DNA of 62,922 nucleotides, filler included, from Chiloscyllium plagiosum (Eukaryota): the NCBI RefSeq assembly GCF_004010195.1. It is 4 parts of one record of this genome, joined end to end, with 100 filler letters (N's around TTAATTAATTAA, not from the genome) between each part and the next. Parts side by side here need not be neighbours in the genome. Positions count along the whole stretch, not along the records: positions 51,107 to 62,922 come from NC_057712.1; 3 more parts are not named here. The stretch is one strand, 5' to 3'. Under the pieces are notes generated by a model that did not search any database, had not been told where the DNA came from, and saw nothing but the letters and a program-made list of their open reading frames with translations. Position numbers and translations under genes: made by a program. Shown one piece after another: positions 59,801 to 62,922 of the stretch (position 1 is the stretch's first letter; each line of letters begins with the position of its first letter).

Positions 59801-60039
59801 TTCAAGCATCCTACTATTAAATGCTATGGCTCAAGAGCCAAGCCTTTGTTTTCTTGCAAAAGCTAAAGATGGGCCCTTGAAAAAACACTATTCATCTCTT
59901 AAAAACAGGTTCTATTTAATCTCCATCTAACCACTACTGATAAGATCTCTGGCTACATGATAAAAGAACTGTAGTTGTCTCAGTTATCTGACAACATTGT
60001 GTCCGAGTTCACTCTAGACAGTAGACTATTTTTCTGCAT

Positions 60040-60540
60040 AGTCGAGAGTGTGTTGCTGGAAAAGCACAGCAGGTCAGGCAGCATCCGAGGAGCAGGAGAA
60101 TCGACGTTTCGAGCAAGAAGCCTTCATCAGGAATCAGTCATGGAAGCTCATGTTGGAACTGTACCGAACTGCCTGACCTACTGTGCTTTTCCAGCAACAC
60201 ATTGTTGACTCTGATCTCCAGCATCTGCAGACCTCACTTTCTCCTATCTTTCTTTGTATACAACTGTTTCCTTCAACCACACTTCTAAACCCTTCCATCT
60301 GTACAAGTCTGAGTGGCTCATATCCTTGAGATTCACCAAAGTTGACAGGTGTGCTTGAGAAGGATTTAAAGTAAATTGGAGAAGGTGACAAGAAAGTTTA
60401 ATAGGGTCATTATAGGCATACTTTATACAATTGCCTTTATCGGTCGAGAGTGTGGTGCTGGACAAGCACAGCCGGTCAGGCAGCATCTAAGGAGTAGGAG
60501 AATCGACGTTTCGGGCAAGAGCCCTTCATCAGGAATCAAT
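60040..60540 (-). mobile_element. PLE terminal-repeat fragments (inverted pair 60040-60245; single copy 60445-60540)
   Basis: Minus-strand CUGAUGA-a-GGGC-ucuu-GCCC-GAAACGUC at 60532-60505. Confidence 0.8.
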
Positions 60541-60644
60541 TGTGGGAGCTCACATTGGAGCTATCGAATTTGAAGATAACAAGCATTAAGACACCTTCCT
60601 TCCATTTAAATAGTATACCGCATGTCCATTCTTCCTGTCAAAGT

Positions 60645-60940
60645 CATAGAATCTCTCCGGTGCAGAAAGAGGTTATTCAGCCCATCAATTCTGCACCAAT
60701 GTTCTGAAGGCATCCTACCTAGACTCCCACTCTATCCTATCCCAATAATCTTGCATTTACCATGGCTAATCCATCTCGCCTGCATATCTTTGAACTGTGG
60801 GAGGAAACCAGAGCACCCAGAGGAAATCCATTCAGATACAGGATGAATGGGCAAACCCCACACAGACAGTTTCCTGAGGTTGGAATTGAGCCAGGTCCCT
60901 AGCACTGTGAGCCAGCAGTGCTAATCACTAAGCCACCCTC
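60645..60940 (-). mobile_element. HE1-like V-SINE, diverged
   Basis: tgtgggaggaaaccagagcaccc core; tRNA-like head at 60880-60937. Confidence 0.8.
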
Positions 60941-62329
60941 CTAAGTTCACACACATTATCCTCCAGAGGTCGTGATAAAAAAAATGGCAGGTTGATAATG
61001 CATTTCAGCTGATTTATTCAAGATCAAACAATAAGTTGAGAGAGATGTGAGGAGGGAAATATGACTGGGAAAGGCAGAATAAGAGAAAGAAATAGTATTT
61101 ATCAAAAAAGGGATCCTTGAGAGGGAAGCAATCTTGTGTATATTTCAGTCTGAGATAGATTAATTCTTGATCAGTTCAGGAATCAGGGTTACAGGAAAAA
61201 TGGAGAAAAGTGGATATTAGGAATTTTGGATCAGCCATGATCTTATTGAATGGCAGAGCAGGTTCCAGGGTCGAATGGCGTATTCCTATTTCTTACAGTC
61301 TTACTGTCTAAAAATTCTCAACTGAAATGAATAGTTAAGTGGATATGAGGAGAGAGTGAGTCTTATTTGGAACAAAAAGAGTTATGTATGCTTCAAGGAG
61401 CTAGTCAAGGCTAGAATATTTAGCGAGTACTTTGTAGTAGTTTTTACTAAGGAAAAGGACATTAACAAAACATCTATCAAAGTGGAGGTGATGAGTATAA
61501 TATGCTGAAAATGAGAAGTTTTACTCTCTAATACTGAGTGGGTTGTTTTATGGGAAGAGGTTGGTTACACTAGGCTTGTAGCTGCTGGAGTTTAGAAGAG
61601 TAAAGTGACTTGATTGAAACCTACTTGATACTGAGGGGGTCCTTTGGCATCCAGCAATGCCTAAAACCACAAATGAATAAGTGTTTATTCCCAACCCTAA
61701 TACAGATTTAAGACTCAGCGAGGGACTTTGCTTGATAAAGTACTCAGAGATAGAGGCGATGACAGGAAACTGGATTTGAAGCCATGATCAGATGAGCTGA
61801 CATGATGGAGTTGCCCTGACTCTGGCTCGGGTTTCTTATTAACTCAGGTCTGGAGATTATAGAAAGAGGGAGGAGATGGCCACGAATTTGTTTGAAAAGA
61901 GGATGTGAACTTTAAAATGAAGTCAAGCACTTGGTGAGATAACCACAGGGGATGACAGTTTGGAGCCAGGTTTTGGGATCAGAATTAGGGGCAGGGATTT
62001 GAGATTGAGATTAGAGGCCAGAACCTGGGGCTGATAACTAGAGGTTGGGATTAGAGCAAGGAATAGAAACTGGGACTCACAGTCAACATTTGGGTCAAGG
62101 ATCGGATTAGCGACAGGCGCCTCGGACTAAGGGTCAGAAGGGACTGGACTGGGATTAGGGTCGGTATAGGGGTTGGGAGTAGTGACCAGGGGTAGGGATA
62201 TGGATTCAGGCTGAGGGCTGGGAGCAGGTCTAGAGACGGGAGTGAAGATCGGGACGACAGGTCCTCGGGCCTGGAGACGGGATGAGATCCAGTCTCAGGT
62301 TGGAATTTGAGAAGCGTCAACAATTGGCG

Positions 62330-62922
62330 GTGTCCAATAGATGATGTGGGACGTCAGAAGGGGGCGGAGAAAATGGTTGGTCGGAACCACGATGTAGAGG
62401 CGGGGCCTTGGCGAAGGGGGCGGGTCTCAGCGGGCGCGTGGTGGAGGGGGGGGAGGGACATTGGCGAAGGGGGCGGGAACTCGATGTAGAGGCGGGGCCT
62501 TGGTGAAGGGGCCGGTCTCAGCGGGCGCACGGAGGAGCGGGACCTCATGCGGATCGGTCACGAGGGGCTGCGGGATCAAAGGTCAGAAACAGATGAGGAG
62601 GGCGGAGCCTAGTCTGGACACCACGTTCGAGCCTCGCGCGACACTTCCGGTCCCGGTGACGGCCCGTAGCGCGGGCATCGGAAGTGGCGTCTGTGGCCGT
62701 TTCTGCGCCACGGAAGCGGGTGGAAAAAAACCCGAGAAATCTGCGCTAGGCGGACCCCAGCTTCGGACCGGGCAGCAAACACAGGCCCTTGCCTCATAGA
62801 CTCCAAGGGATAGCCCCTGATCCGCCCCGGCAAGGCAGATCTTGGCGAAAGCCCAGACACAGGCCGTAAGCCGGTGAGTCCTCGCAAGAGGTGGCCCCGG
62901 CCCGGGGGTGGTGCCAGGAGGG
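62330..62922. promoter_or_regulatory. CpG-rich promoter / first-exon region
   Basis: High CpG density, GC boxes (ggggcggg, gggcggag), ETS motifs acttccgg 62643 and cggaagtg 62679, candidate donors gtaagc 62866 and gtgagt 62874. Confidence 0.7.

Noticed and set aside
62330..62922. Promoter of AIDA
   Set aside because: It lies downstream of the plus-strand AIDA exons, across two linkers, and no AIDA first exon is visible

Overview
Vertebrate genomic DNA, most likely a shark (inferred from an HE1-type V-SINE, abundant CR1 LINEs and Penelope-like elements). The window is not contiguous: three 100-nt artificial linkers (N44-TTAATTAATTAA-N44) at 31705, 42796 and 51007 join four segments, and there is one plain N gap. 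Most of the sequence is decayed retroelements. Highlights: (1) a decayed endogenous retrovirus on the minus strand (~7933-15135) with a tRNA-Ser PBS, CCHC gag, spuma/class III-like pol and an Env TM subunit that, by eye, resembles filovirus GP2 and alpharetroviral TM (Cys-bounded internal fusion loop, ISD, CX6C); (2) beside it, a Gmr1-type Gypsy element with both LTRs (15592-21588; SCAN-like gag, PR-IN-RT-RH order, Pro PBS, CTTT TSD); (3) many Penelope-like elements carrying minimal hammerhead-ribozyme motifs, often in inverted arrangements, including a ~508-bp palindrome; (4) two coding exons of AIDA, several unidentified candidate exons and a CpG-rich promoter at the right end. All protein assignments come from manual translation and recalled motifs; no search was run.
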